Origin: Capsulimonadales bacterium
GTDB lineage: Bacteria > Armatimonadota > Armatimonadia > Armatimonadales > Armatimonadaceae
NCBI GenBank assembly: GCA_033762295.1
Contig: JANRLW010000020.1
Coordinates: 1 to 64,000 of the forward strand
Reading direction: 5' to 3'
DNA: 64,000 nt
The notes beneath the pieces are model-generated. The model did no database searches, was not told the DNA's origin, and was given only the letters and a program-made list of their open reading frames with translations. Positions 30,087 through 40,246 of the stretch are shown here, in pieces (position 1 is the stretch's first letter; the number at the start of each line of letters is the position of its first letter). The position numbers were made by a program, and so were the translations under genes.

Positions 30087-30917
30087 ATGTTGAGCCGACT
30101 GTCTCTCGTCCTTCTTCTTGCCCTGTTGCTTGGCTGTTCCAACGGAGGGAAGGTCGTCAGCGGCGCCACCCCTTCGGCCAGCCCGTCCCCGGCTTCCTCT
30201 TCGACGCCTCTCGTCGCGCCCCCCGCCTTTTATACGTTTCGCGTGGTCAAATCCTACCCCCATGACGTTAACGCCTACACGCAGGGACTGATCGTCCGCG
30301 ACGGAACGTTCTACGAAAGTACCGGCCTGGTCGGGAAATCCAGCCTGCGCCATGTCGAGATCGAGACCGGAAAAGTGCTGAAGAAAGTGGCCGTGGACAG
30401 ACCGTACTTCGGAGAAGGTCTCAACGAGATGGGCGGCAAGCTGTATCAGCTGACCTGGCAGCACGAGATCGGCTTTATCTACGATAAGAAAACGTTTGAG
30501 AGAATCGGTGAGTTTCGCTACGAGGGGGAGGGCTGGGGGCTTACCGACGACGGAACCCACCTTATTCTGACGGACGGGACGAATAACATTCGCTTCCTCG
30601 ATCCCAAATCCTTCGCCGTCAAGCGGACCATCTCCGTTTTCGACGGACTGACCCCGCTGAAGAACCTCAATGAGGTCGAATACATCAACGGCGAAATCTT
30701 CGCCAACATTTACCAAACGAACAGCATCGTCCGCATCGATCCGAAGGACGGAGCGATCCTCGGATGGATCGACCTGACCGGCCTGTTGCCGGAGAGCGAT
30801 CGGACCGATCAGACGAATGTCCTGAACGGTATCGCCTACGATGCGTCGAAGAAGCGCTTGTTTGTCACCGGAAAACTCTGGCCCAAAGTCTTCGAAATCG
30901 AACTGGTGAAGCAGTAA
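30087..30917 (+). CDS. Glutaminyl-peptide cyclotransferase (type I QC), lipoprotein
   Basis: Lipobox LLGC; YPHD..AYTQGL, YESTG, FGEG, QLTW, EGWGL, LNEVE, VLNGIA, VTGKLWP. Confidence 0.92.
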   Translation: MLSRLSLVLLLALLLGCSNGGKVVSGATPSASPSPASSSTPLVAPPAFYTFRVVKSYPHDVNAYTQGLIVRDGTFYESTGLVGKSSLRHVEIETGKVLKKVAVDRPYFGEGLNEMGGKLYQLTWQHEIGFIYDKKTFERIGEFRYEGEGWGLTDDGTHLILTDGTNNIRFLDPKSFAVKRTISVFDGLTPLKNLNEVEYINGEIFANIYQTNSIVRIDPKDGAILGWIDLTGLLPESDRTDQTNVLNGIAYDASKKRLFVTGKLWPKVFEIELVKQ

Positions 30918-30924
30918 CGGACCG

Positions 30925-32745
30925 CTAGGGTGCGTTCGAACCGATCCCGAGCCAGGCATTGCGCAGGCGTGTCTGTTCCACGGTGGATTTATCGGACGGA
31001 GTCAGCGCAAATTCGGGCGTTTTTCGCATCTCCGGCTTGATTTCCAGCGTTTTCAACCGTTCCTGGCGAAACAGGGTCAGGGTCAGAGTGGCCCCCGGTC
31101 CGGCCTCGCGGATTCTTTCGGCGAGGAATGCGGAACCGGTGATACGAAGACCGTCAATGGCGATCAACAAATCGTCGGCGGAAATTCCCTGGACATACGC
31201 GGGCGAGTCCGACGGAACCGATACGACCCGTACCCCCAGAGGGTCATCGGCGAACCGCGCCCCGAGGGAATTCGTCGCCGGTCGGTCCGACTCACGCCGC
31301 AGGTTCAGCCCGACGGCGGCCAGGACAGTCTCGTAGTCCGGGTCTCTGGTGCCTCGAACATAGTCGGCGAAAAAGGTTTCCAGACTGCGTCCGGCCACCG
31401 TTTCGCAGGCCCGCTGGAAGTCGATCGGTGTGTAATTGCGTTTGCGCAACACCGGATCGTTGAACAGGGTCCGCAGGACGTCATCGAGCGATTTCGCCCC
31501 GCCGGTCGCGGCCCGCAGGGTCAGATCGAGCAGCATCCCGATCACCGCCCCCTTGGTATAGTAGCTGACCTGGGAATTGACGCTGTTCTCATCCGGACGG
31601 TAGTACTTGATCCAGGCGTCGAAGGACGCTTCCTCCAGACTGCGAATTTTGCGGCCCGGCGTCTGCTCCACCGACGCGATCCCATCGGCCATCTCCTTCA
31701 AAAAGCGGTCGGCGGGGATCAAACCGGCGCGTTGCAGCAACAGCCATTCGTAGTAGCTGGTAATTCCCTCCGCGATCCAGAGATTCCGGGTGTAGTTCTC
31801 GCCGGAATAATCGAACGGTCCCAGAGCGTCCGGACGAATCCGTTTCACGTTCCAGGCATGGAAGAATTCGTGGGACACCAGGCTCAGGAATGCGAGATAG
31901 TTGGTCCTGAAACCGAACGACGGAAAGATCAGAGCGGTGGACGTCAGGTGTTCGAGTCCGCCCCCGCCCTGCGGACGCAGGGTCAGGAAAAACGTATACC
32001 GATCGTAGGGCAATCCGCCCATCAGCGATCCGGCGGTCTCGACGATCTTCTTTACGTCCGCGGTCATCCGTTCGGGATCGTAGTTCCCCCGGCCGGTGAT
32101 GATGATCCGATGGGGCTTTTCCATCGCGGTGAACGCGAGTTCCTTGAACGTCCCCACCTCAACGGGGCTGTCGTAAAGGATATCGAAATTGGGCGCGCGG
32201 AAGGTGTTTTCCACACCCGGCACGGCGTCGAGCGCGGTCGCGATGCGCCAGTTCTCCGGGGGCCGGATGGCCAGGGTCGCCGGGTGCGCAAGCCCTCCGC
32301 CCAGATGCATCAACACGGCGCCATTGTTCCAGAAAGCGTGAACGTCGTTCACCTCCGCGGTCTGAACGGTGGACTGGTTCGCATAGACCCGGTATCGGGC
32401 GGTAAAAGCCGTCGCCGCGCCTTTTTCGATCCGCCAGATGTTTTTGCTGACTTTGCGAACCGGCAGGGAGCGGTCGCCGGAATCCGAAACACGGACCTCC
32501 TGGACGTTCCGGGCATGCTCCCGAATCAGATAGGAACCGGGCGTCCAGACCGGCATCACCAGATCGGCCGTTTTCCCGGTCAGGCCGGAGACCCGCATCT
32601 CGACATCCAGGTAGTGCGTCCATGGCTGTGGCATGGAGACGGTAAACGCCACCTCCGGGACCGCGAAAACGGGTCGAACGGTTCCGAGGATCGAAAGCAG
32701 GACGCTGGCAAGAAAAACGAGGCAAGGGAGGGAACGACGCAGCAT
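30925..32745 (-). CDS. M61 family glycyl aminopeptidase with PDZ
   Basis: MPVWTPGSY, GGGLEH, HEFFHAWNVKRIRP, EGITSYY, SYYTKG. Confidence 0.93.
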   Translation of the reverse strand: MLRRSLPCLVFLASVLLSILGTVRPVFAVPEVAFTVSMPQPWTHYLDVEMRVSGLTGKTADLVMPVWTPGSYLIREHARNVQEVRVSDSGDRSLPVRKVSKNIWRIEKGAATAFTARYRVYANQSTVQTAEVNDVHAFWNNGAVLMHLGGGLAHPATLAIRPPENWRIATALDAVPGVENTFRAPNFDILYDSPVEVGTFKELAFTAMEKPHRIIITGRGNYDPERMTADVKKIVETAGSLMGGLPYDRYTFFLTLRPQGGGGLEHLTSTALIFPSFGFRTNYLAFLSLVSHEFFHAWNVKRIRPDALGPFDYSGENYTRNLWIAEGITSYYEWLLLQRAGLIPADRFLKEMADGIASVEQTPGRKIRSLEEASFDAWIKYYRPDENSVNSQVSYYTKGAVIGMLLDLTLRAATGGAKSLDDVLRTLFNDPVLRKRNYTPIDFQRACETVAGRSLETFFADYVRGTRDPDYETVLAAVGLNLRRESDRPATNSLGARFADDPLGVRVVSVPSDSPAYVQGISADDLLIAIDGLRITGSAFLAERIREAGPGATLTLTLFRQERLKTLEIKPEMRKTPEFALTPSDKSTVEQTRLRNAWLGIGSNAP

Positions 32746-32849
32746 GTCGTCCTATTGTACGCGATTTTTCCGAGTTGTGGCGTTTCGTTGTGCCGGGGCT
32801 TGGAATTTCCTATAATGGATCATTCCATCGTCCCCTGGGAGATGCCGTC

Positions 32850-35075
32850 GTGCCTCTTTTTGCTCCTCCGTCGTTCCGCCATCTATTTCTCTGTCTGCTC
32901 CTTCTTGCGGTATCGGGACGAGGGACGGTTTCCGTGCAGAAGGACTTTACCCTGGCCGATCTGTACGATGGCTCTTTCTACGGGGAGATTCCGGACGTTC
33001 GACGGTGGCTGAAGGACGGAGACCATTTTCTGGCGTATGGCGGCGACGGCAAGGGGTACGTCGGTCTGTTGCGAACGAACGCCCGGACCGGAAAGATCGA
33101 GCCGTTCTCGGATCGTCGGCGGATGACCGAAGCGCTGGTCCTCGCCGGTATCGAACGCTCCTCGGCGGAGCGGCTGGCGGAACAACCGGAGATCAACCTG
33201 AACCGGGATGAGGACCGGATTCTGCTTTCGCATCGGCAGGACCTCTATGTTTATGACAGGACGGCGGATCGAGCGGTCCGCCTGACCGAGTCACCGGAGC
33301 CTGAAACGGACCCGACCTTCAGCCCCGATGGGAAGCAGGTCGCGTTTACCCGTGGGCACGATCTTTATTCGGTGAACGTCGCCACACCGCGAGCGGAGCG
33401 AAGGCTCACCCGGGACGGCGGGAATCGGGTCCGTAACGGGAGGCTCGACTGGGTCTATGAGGAGGAGATTTACGGCCGAGGTCGGACCCGTGGTTTCGAA
33501 TGGTCTCCGGATAGCCGTCGGCTGGCCTTTCTGCGGATCGATGACTCGCCGGTGACGCCGGTGACGATTACGGACCACCTGCGACGGGAGCCCGCGTCGG
33601 AAACATATGATTTTCCGTTGCCGGGAGAGAAAAACCCGGTGGCGCGGCTTGGAATCGTCCCGGCGGATGCGAGCGCACCGGCGATCTTCGCGGAGGAGGG
33701 GGCCTATCCGCCAGAAAATCGCCTTCTGGTACGGTTTGCGTGGACCCCGAACGGACGCCGATTGACACTGCAGATACAGCCCCGAAACGGCGCGTTCCTC
33801 GACCTGAACCTGATCGAAGCCGATACCGGGAAATCACGGACGTTGTTGCGGGAAACGACGCCCGCCTGGACCGAGATCCTCGATTCCCCGCACTTCCTGC
33901 CGGACGGTTCCTTTCTCTGGTTGTCCGATAGAACGGGGTTCCGACACCTCTACCGTTACCGCAACGACGGTACGCTGATCGGGCCGGTGACGAAAGGGGA
34001 GTGGAGCATCCGGAAAGTGCACGGCACGGACAACCCCGGCGCGTTCGTCTGGTTCGACGCCGGAAAGCAATCGTCCGTTGGCGACCATACCTACCGGACG
34101 GCGGTCGATGGAAAGGGCGAACCGCAGCGGCTGACCGGCCTCGACGGGAACCACGAGGTGCGATTCAATGCCGATTTCTCCCTCTTTGTCGACACGGTGA
34201 GCGACGCCCGCACCCCGCCCCGGATGTTCCTGCGCGGGGGGAACGACGGTTCGGAGATCCGGGTTGTCGCGCGGAACGACACCGCCGTTCGGGCCGTCGC
34301 CCGGTATCGATTTTCCCCTCCCGAGATGCTGAAGGTACGAACGCGGGATGGTTTTTCGATGGACGCGCGGATTATCCGCCCGCCGGACTTCGACCCCGCG
34401 CGACGGTATCCCGTCTGGATGGAGGTGTATGGAGGACCGGGAAGCCCGAGTGTCCGTGATGAGTGGGACTGGACGATGTGGCGGCAACTGCTGGCGCAGA
34501 AGGGATACATTGTCTGGATGTGTGACAATCGAAGCGCGAGCAATCGGGGGGCGCGTTTTGTGTGGACCGTTCACCGACGGCTCGGCGCCGGAGAACTCGC
34601 GGACATCGAGGATAGCGTGACCTATCTCCGCTCGCTGCCGTATGTGGATGCGTCCCGGATCGGGATTTCCGGCTGGAGTTACGGCGGATTCCTTGCGGCC
34701 TATGCGCTGACCCATAGCGCCTCCTTCAAATGCGGGTTTGCCGGTGCGCCGGTGACCGACTGGCGCTGGTACGATTCCGTTTACACGGAGCGGTACATGG
34801 ACCTTCCCTCGGCGAACCCGACCGGCTACCGGGCGGCCTGCGTCGCGGAAAGCGCGGGCAACTATGCCGGCCGCCTGATGATCGTCCATGGCCTGATGGA
34901 TGACAATGTTCACGTTCGTCACAGTCTCCGACTGGCCTATGAACTGCAGCGAGCCGAGAAGTTATTCGACATGATGCTTTACCCGTCACCGGCGGCGCGT
35001 CATGACATCGCGGACCCGGCGCAATCCCGACATCTGAAGAAACTCGAACTGGATTTCATCGAATCCCGCCTGTAG
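32850..35075 (+). CDS. S9B dipeptidyl-peptidase IV family protein
   Basis: DWVYEEE, VYGGPG, GWSYGG catalytic Ser, DDNVH, His. Start set at GTG 32850 (GGAG SD, TATAAT at 32811). Confidence 0.92.
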   Translation: MPLFAPPSFRHLFLCLLLLAVSGRGTVSVQKDFTLADLYDGSFYGEIPDVRRWLKDGDHFLAYGGDGKGYVGLLRTNARTGKIEPFSDRRRMTEALVLAGIERSSAERLAEQPEINLNRDEDRILLSHRQDLYVYDRTADRAVRLTESPEPETDPTFSPDGKQVAFTRGHDLYSVNVATPRAERRLTRDGGNRVRNGRLDWVYEEEIYGRGRTRGFEWSPDSRRLAFLRIDDSPVTPVTITDHLRREPASETYDFPLPGEKNPVARLGIVPADASAPAIFAEEGAYPPENRLLVRFAWTPNGRRLTLQIQPRNGAFLDLNLIEADTGKSRTLLRETTPAWTEILDSPHFLPDGSFLWLSDRTGFRHLYRYRNDGTLIGPVTKGEWSIRKVHGTDNPGAFVWFDAGKQSSVGDHTYRTAVDGKGEPQRLTGLDGNHEVRFNADFSLFVDTVSDARTPPRMFLRGGNDGSEIRVVARNDTAVRAVARYRFSPPEMLKVRTRDGFSMDARIIRPPDFDPARRYPVWMEVYGGPGSPSVRDEWDWTMWRQLLAQKGYIVWMCDNRSASNRGARFVWTVHRRLGAGELADIEDSVTYLRSLPYVDASRIGISGWSYGGFLAAYALTHSASFKCGFAGAPVTDWRWYDSVYTERYMDLPSANPTGYRAACVAESAGNYAGRLMIVHGLMDDNVHVRHSLRLAYELQRAEKLFDMMLYPSPAARHDIADPAQSRHLKKLELDFIESRL

Positions 35076-35195
35076 GTCGCGTGGTTCCCCGTCCGCACCA
35101 CCCTGTGTCGGATTGCGGGATTTGCCGATATATAGGAGGAGCCATCCGTCGGCAGCCAGGAGGTCGCCGGGTTGCTCCGCTGAAATGGGTTATCG

Positions 35196-37238
35196 ATGAA
35201 TTCCTCGTCTTCGGAGCAGACAGCCATATCGATCGGACCGCGCAACCGTCTCGGTCTGCTATTGATCGCCCTGGTCTTCGCCCTGCTTCTGCTCCTGGTG
35301 TCCGCACTCTGGGAAAGCCGCGAGGATGTTAAGATCGCACGGGATACGAACCGTTGCGGATCGCTCCGGAGCAAGTGTCTTCTGATCTACAACGCGACGA
35401 GTCTGCCGGGCAATTCGGGACGGTCCGCTCTTCGGACCGGAATTCCGGACTGGCGGGGGACCCTTCTCGAAATGGAGCGGATTCGTTCCGACCTGCGGCG
35501 GCGTTACCCGGAGGATGTGATTCGATCGGATCGACACTGGGTGGCGTTCCAGGCGGAACTGCGCCGGAACGGTCGGGTGGAATGGAAGACCACCAGTGCG
35601 CTCTTCGGCGCGGTCGATGACCTGACCGGCAAGATCGAGCGGCTGGTCGAGGAGCGGATGCAGCGAATGACGCTCATCTATGCCTTTGGCATCGCCGGTA
35701 TCGCCTTTGCCCTTCCCTGGGGCGTGGTTCTCTTTTCCGAGTTAAAGGAGGCCCAGCGCCGGCTCGCGGAGGAGAACGCCGAACGAGAACAGGCGGCCCG
35801 ACGCTACTCCTCGCTGTTCGCCGACCTGCCCGTCGCCTGTTTCACCTTCGACACCGACGGTCAGTTGCGCATCTGGAACCAGGAGGCCGAGGCCGTTTTC
35901 TCCAAGCCTGCGTCCACCGTCCTGGGCCGTCCCCTGTCGGGGGTGTTCGCCAAGTTCGACCCCTTCAATACCACGGAGATCGTTTCGACCGTTCTGGCCG
36001 GCGAACCCCGGAACGGTCTTGAATGGAAGTACGCGTTGCCCCGCGCCAAGGCGAAACGTCTGTTGAGCAACGTCTTTCCGATCCATGACAGTGAGAAGGG
36101 CATAACCGGCGGAGTGATGGCGACGGTCGATATCACCGCGCTAAAGGAGGCCGAGGAACGGCTGCACAGCGTTCTCGTCGGCGTGCGGTGTATCGTGTGG
36201 GATGCCATTGTCGAAGAGATCGCGGTTCCTCCGTTCTACCACTGGACGCTCCAGCTCTGGAACGAGGAGGCGGCGCAACAGATCGTTCCGCTGGATGTTT
36301 CGGAAGTCGACTATGTGCGGGCGTGGATTCAAAGTCGGGACGGGGACCAGGATCAGATGGACGCCACCAGTTCCGCCGCCCTACGGCACGGCCTTCCGGG
36401 CTATACGCAGGAGTTCCGCTGTCGGGATCGGTATGGCGCGCTCCACTGGCTGCGTGAGGATGTCCATATCCGGATGCTCGAACCGGGACGCTGGCGGACG
36501 ATCGGCGTCTGTACCGACATCACCGGGCGGAAGGAGGCGGAGGAGCGACTGCGCGAAATGACCATGGAACTGGAACGCAGCAATGCGGCGCTTCAGGACT
36601 TTGCGTCGATCGCCTCGCATGACCTGAAAGAACCGCTCCGAAAAATCCAGACCTTCGGCAGCATGCTCTCGAAGAAGGTGGAAAACCTGTCCCCGGAAGC
36701 GCAGAGCTACCTGGATCGAATGCAGGCGGCGGCCGTGCGGATGCAGGCGCTCATCGATGGTCTGCTCTCCTATTCCCGGATTACCGCCAAAGGCAACGAG
36801 TTCGCCTCGACGGACCTGAACGAGGTCGTTAAGGGGGTTTTGAACGATCTGGAGGTCCGGATTCAGGAGGTCGGCGCGGCCATCAAAACCGATCCGTTGC
36901 CGACCGTTTACGCGGACACCGTCCAGATGCGTCAACTGTTCCAGAACCTGATCGGGAATGCGCTGAAGTTCCACCGCGAGGACGAACCGGCCTGCATTCG
37001 GATCGAGTACGCCCGCCGGGACGGTCGGCACGTGATCTCGGTGATCGATAACGGGATCGGGTTCTCGACGAAGGACGCGGAGCGTATCTTCGAGGTCTTC
37101 GAGCGGCTGGAGGGTTCCGGTCGGGAGGGGACCGGAATCGGGCTGGCGATCTGTCGGAAGATTGCCGAACGTCACGGGGGAATGTTGACCGCCACCGGGA
37201 CTCCGGGGGTCGGAGCGACCTTCGTTCTCACGCTCTAG
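35196..37238 (+). CDS. Membrane PAS-domain sensor histidine kinase
   Basis: Two TM helices, PAS/PAC, ASHDLKEPLRKI H-box, NLIGNALKF, DNGIG, GTGIGL. Confidence 0.92.
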   Translation: MNSSSSEQTAISIGPRNRLGLLLIALVFALLLLLVSALWESREDVKIARDTNRCGSLRSKCLLIYNATSLPGNSGRSALRTGIPDWRGTLLEMERIRSDLRRRYPEDVIRSDRHWVAFQAELRRNGRVEWKTTSALFGAVDDLTGKIERLVEERMQRMTLIYAFGIAGIAFALPWGVVLFSELKEAQRRLAEENAEREQAARRYSSLFADLPVACFTFDTDGQLRIWNQEAEAVFSKPASTVLGRPLSGVFAKFDPFNTTEIVSTVLAGEPRNGLEWKYALPRAKAKRLLSNVFPIHDSEKGITGGVMATVDITALKEAEERLHSVLVGVRCIVWDAIVEEIAVPPFYHWTLQLWNEEAAQQIVPLDVSEVDYVRAWIQSRDGDQDQMDATSSAALRHGLPGYTQEFRCRDRYGALHWLREDVHIRMLEPGRWRTIGVCTDITGRKEAEERLREMTMELERSNAALQDFASIASHDLKEPLRKIQTFGSMLSKKVENLSPEAQSYLDRMQAAAVRMQALIDGLLSYSRITAKGNEFASTDLNEVVKGVLNDLEVRIQEVGAAIKTDPLPTVYADTVQMRQLFQNLIGNALKFHREDEPACIRIEYARRDGRHVISVIDNGIGFSTKDAERIFEVFERLEGSGREGTGIGLAICRKIAERHGGMLTATGTPGVGATFVLTL

Positions 37239-37246
37239 CGGTCGGG

Positions 37247-37302
37247 AAAAAAGGACGCTCCGGCATCGGGGCGAGACGCGACGACGGGAATTGCCGGAGT
37301 CC
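37247..37302 (-). terminator. Intrinsic terminator for the yebC-family gene
   Basis: Minus strand GGACTCCGGCA...TGCCGGAGCGTCC followed by T6. Confidence 0.6.
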
Positions 37303-37306
37303 GAAA

Positions 37307-38053
37307 CTATACGGCAGCCAGCGCGGCGTCGTTCGCCTCGAGGTTGAAGAAGACGTTCTGAACGTCGTCGTGCTCCTCCAACCGGTCGATCAATTTGAAG
37401 ACCTTTTCGGCATCCGTTTCCGACAACTCGATCGTGGTGACCGGGATCATGGTCGGTTCGCCGGAAGCGACCGCGATACCGGCGGAATCCAGCGCCTGTC
37501 GGACCGCGCCGAAGTCGCCGAACGCGGTCGTCACCTCAAACCCGCCCTCCTCCGTCGGCTGAACATCGTCGGCGCCGGCATCGAGCGCGACCTCCATCAA
37601 CCGGTCCTCGGTTGTGACACCGGGATCGATCAGAAAGACGCCCTTGTGCTGGAAGAGGTAGGAGACACTTCCGGCTTCCCCCATGTTCCCGCCGCTCTTG
37701 GTAAAGATCGCCCGGACGTCGGCAACGGTGCGCTGCTGGTTGTCGGTGAGGCACTGTACCATGACGGCGACACCGCCCGGTGCGTACCCTTCCAGAGTCC
37801 GTTCGACGTAGGAGACGCCTTCGATCTCACCGGTTCCGCGCTGGATGGCCCGCTTGATGTTGTCGTTGGGCATCGACGCCTTCTTCGCCGCGTCGATCGC
37901 GGTTCGCAGGCGAACGTTCGCGTCCGGATTTCCGCCGCCTTCCTTTGCCGCGATGATGATTTCTTTCGCCAGTTTGGTGAAGGTCTTCCCGCGTACGGCG
38001 TCCTGTTTGCCTTTGCGGAGTCGAATATTATGCCATTTACTGTGGCCCGCCAT
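37307..38053 (-). CDS. yebC: YebC/PmpR family protein
   Basis: MAGHSKWHNI, GGNPDANVRLR, TDNQQRT, DDVQNVF. Confidence 0.95.
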   Translation of the reverse strand: MAGHSKWHNIRLRKGKQDAVRGKTFTKLAKEIIIAAKEGGGNPDANVRLRTAIDAAKKASMPNDNIKRAIQRGTGEIEGVSYVERTLEGYAPGGVAVMVQCLTDNQQRTVADVRAIFTKSGGNMGEAGSVSYLFQHKGVFLIDPGVTTEDRLMEVALDAGADDVQPTEEGGFEVTTAFGDFGAVRQALDSAGIAVASGEPTMIPVTTIELSETDAEKVFKLIDRLEEHDDVQNVFFNLEANDAALAAV

Positions 38054-38172
38054 ATCTGCGGATGCTCCTTTTGCCAGAGTGTCGGGGGGGCAGCGAAGCC
38101 GAAATCGGTGGCGTTTCCGGCGCGATCGATGCTCGCCGTATCGTTATACCATGCGATGCGGCAGGCATCGGT

Positions 38173-40209
38173 TTACCATTGCCGGAGTATATGGTCGCCG
38201 GTTCGGTAGGCGATCGCCATGATCGTCAGGAACGGATTGAAGCCGCCGTTCGTCACATGAACCGATCCGTCTCCGATATAGAGGTTCTCGTGCCCGTGCA
38301 GGCGGCAGAAGCGGTCAGCGGCCCCCTGCGCCGGATCCTCGCTCATCCGGACGGTGCCCGACTGATGCTGTCCGCCGGAAAGTCCCAGTCCGGGGGGCCA
38401 TGCCCAGGTCTCCGTCGCACCGGCGGCTCGGACCCACTCTGCGGCCCGTTCGACCATGAAGCGGGCCGTCCGAACGGTCTCCGGGTGCGTCGTTCCCGAC
38501 AAACGGGCGACCGGTATGCCGAAACGATCACGAACGTCGTGCGCGACCGACACCCGTGCGTCGGGTGAGGGGATGTCCTGGACCGGCCCCATGATCTTCA
38601 GCGTCCGGTGATGATTCGTCCGCATCCACTGTTTGGGGACGGCTCCCCACCGGGGCAGGTCCGGCGGCGTATAGCCTTTCATGAACGTGGGAGCAAGGGG
38701 AATAAAGTCGTCAGCCAGCATGCCGCCACCGACGATGCGTCCGGATTCGTCGGCGTTTCCGTGGCTGAATTCGCAGGTGGCCGTCGTCGGTCCGGGGCCG
38801 ATACCGTCCCAGATATCCTCGGGAAGCAGGCCGAACGCGCCGGGGTAGTAATGCCCCTGGAGGTGACGGCCGACATGATCGTTGCCGAGTCCGGAATTCA
38901 GAAGGAGCCGGGCGGTTTCGATCGCGCCGGCGGCGACGACGATCACTTCGGCATGGACCGTCCGACGTTGGCCCGAGGCATCGAAAAACGTAACGCCGAC
39001 CGCTTTTCCGTCGATCGTCTCGATCCGTTCGACCATCGCGCCGGTTTCCGCATGACACCGGCCCGTCGCCAGGGCGCGCGGAATAACGGTGTTATGGGTG
39101 CCGTTCTTGGCCTCGGTCGGGCAGGGGAAGCCGACGCAATGCTGGCAATGGATACAGGCCGGTCGGCCCAGGTACGGAACGGTGTTGATCGCCAGCGGGA
39201 CGGTGACGGTATGCCATCCGAGTTTCGCGGCGGCCTCGCGCATGGTTCTCCCCTGCGTGTTGAGACGCATCGGGGGCATCGGGTAAGCGGACCGACCGGG
39301 CAGATGCCGGAACGAGTCCGCATCGCCGGCGACTCCGAGTTCCCGTTCCGCCCGTTCGTAAAAGGGCGTCAGGTCGTCGTAGGAGATCGGCCAGTCGGCC
39401 AGCGACGAACCGTCCGGAACGCCGTACGTTGTGGCCATGCGGAAATCGAGCGGATGGAATCGCCAGGCCTGCGCGCCGTACACGCGGGTACCGCCGCCGA
39501 CAATCGCCGCGTTGTTGTGATAGCCGCCCTCGTGGGGCAGGACGGTATGTTCGGTTCCGCGCGAGTCGACATAGACACGGGGGTGTCCCGCATCCGGCCC
39601 GGCATTGGTGCCGTACTGGGAGAGGCGTTGATTACGGAGCGGGTCACGCCCGATCTCACCGAAGCCGTGGTTCCCCCCGCGTTCGAGCAACAGGACCGTT
39701 TTCCCCGCTTCGGAGAGAAGCGCCGCGATCACGCCGCCGCCCGCACCCGCGCCGACCACGATCGCATCGAACCGGTCCGCAAGGGAGAGGGAATCGGCGA
39801 CCGGAAGGGCGAGCTTGCCGCGTTGCTCTTGGGCCGCCCTCGCCGCCTCCGCCGTGTCGGTGACGGTCCAACCGATCCATTGCAAACCGACCGGCGACGT
39901 GTAAAAGCCTTCCTGTACCTGCTCCACCATCCGGCGGAAGAATCCCCGCCATTCGTCCGACGCTTCTGCGGCGCGCAGGCGGCTATCCTTTGCCTCCTCT
40001 GACTCGTCGCAGAACTCCGCTCCCAGTGCCGTGAGAAACCGTTCGTAGAGCGTACGGTCCTTCGCCAGCGCTCCGTCGGGGGCGAGTTGACGGAGGAGAA
40101 ACGTTTCGATGGCGTCGGTGACCGCCGGATCGCCGTCGGAGGGAACGATCCGGTCGATCAGGCAGCGAAGGTGGGGCCGCAACGTGGCGGGCAGGGGCAA
40201 CGAATCCAT
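38173..40209 (-). CDS. GMC oxidoreductase with a fused N-terminal gluconate-2-dehydrogenase subunit-3-like domain
   Basis: N-term LIDRIVPSD...FLLRQL...FF...EGFY; FAD motif VVGAGAGGG; GGGTRVYGA; CIHCQHCVGFPC; HQSGTVRM; NPFLTI. Confidence 0.85.
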   Translation of the reverse strand: MDSLPLPATLRPHLRCLIDRIVPSDGDPAVTDAIETFLLRQLAPDGALAKDRTLYERFLTALGAEFCDESEEAKDSRLRAAEASDEWRGFFRRMVEQVQEGFYTSPVGLQWIGWTVTDTAEAARAAQEQRGKLALPVADSLSLADRFDAIVVGAGAGGGVIAALLSEAGKTVLLLERGGNHGFGEIGRDPLRNQRLSQYGTNAGPDAGHPRVYVDSRGTEHTVLPHEGGYHNNAAIVGGGTRVYGAQAWRFHPLDFRMATTYGVPDGSSLADWPISYDDLTPFYERAERELGVAGDADSFRHLPGRSAYPMPPMRLNTQGRTMREAAAKLGWHTVTVPLAINTVPYLGRPACIHCQHCVGFPCPTEAKNGTHNTVIPRALATGRCHAETGAMVERIETIDGKAVGVTFFDASGQRRTVHAEVIVVAAGAIETARLLLNSGLGNDHVGRHLQGHYYPGAFGLLPEDIWDGIGPGPTTATCEFSHGNADESGRIVGGGMLADDFIPLAPTFMKGYTPPDLPRWGAVPKQWMRTNHHRTLKIMGPVQDIPSPDARVSVAHDVRDRFGIPVARLSGTTHPETVRTARFMVERAAEWVRAAGATETWAWPPGLGLSGGQHQSGTVRMSEDPAQGAADRFCRLHGHENLYIGDGSVHVTNGGFNPFLTIMAIAYRTGDHILRQW

Positions 40210-40246
40210 GGGTAAGGTTTCGTTGCCCTGCCGGGCAATCCCTGCT

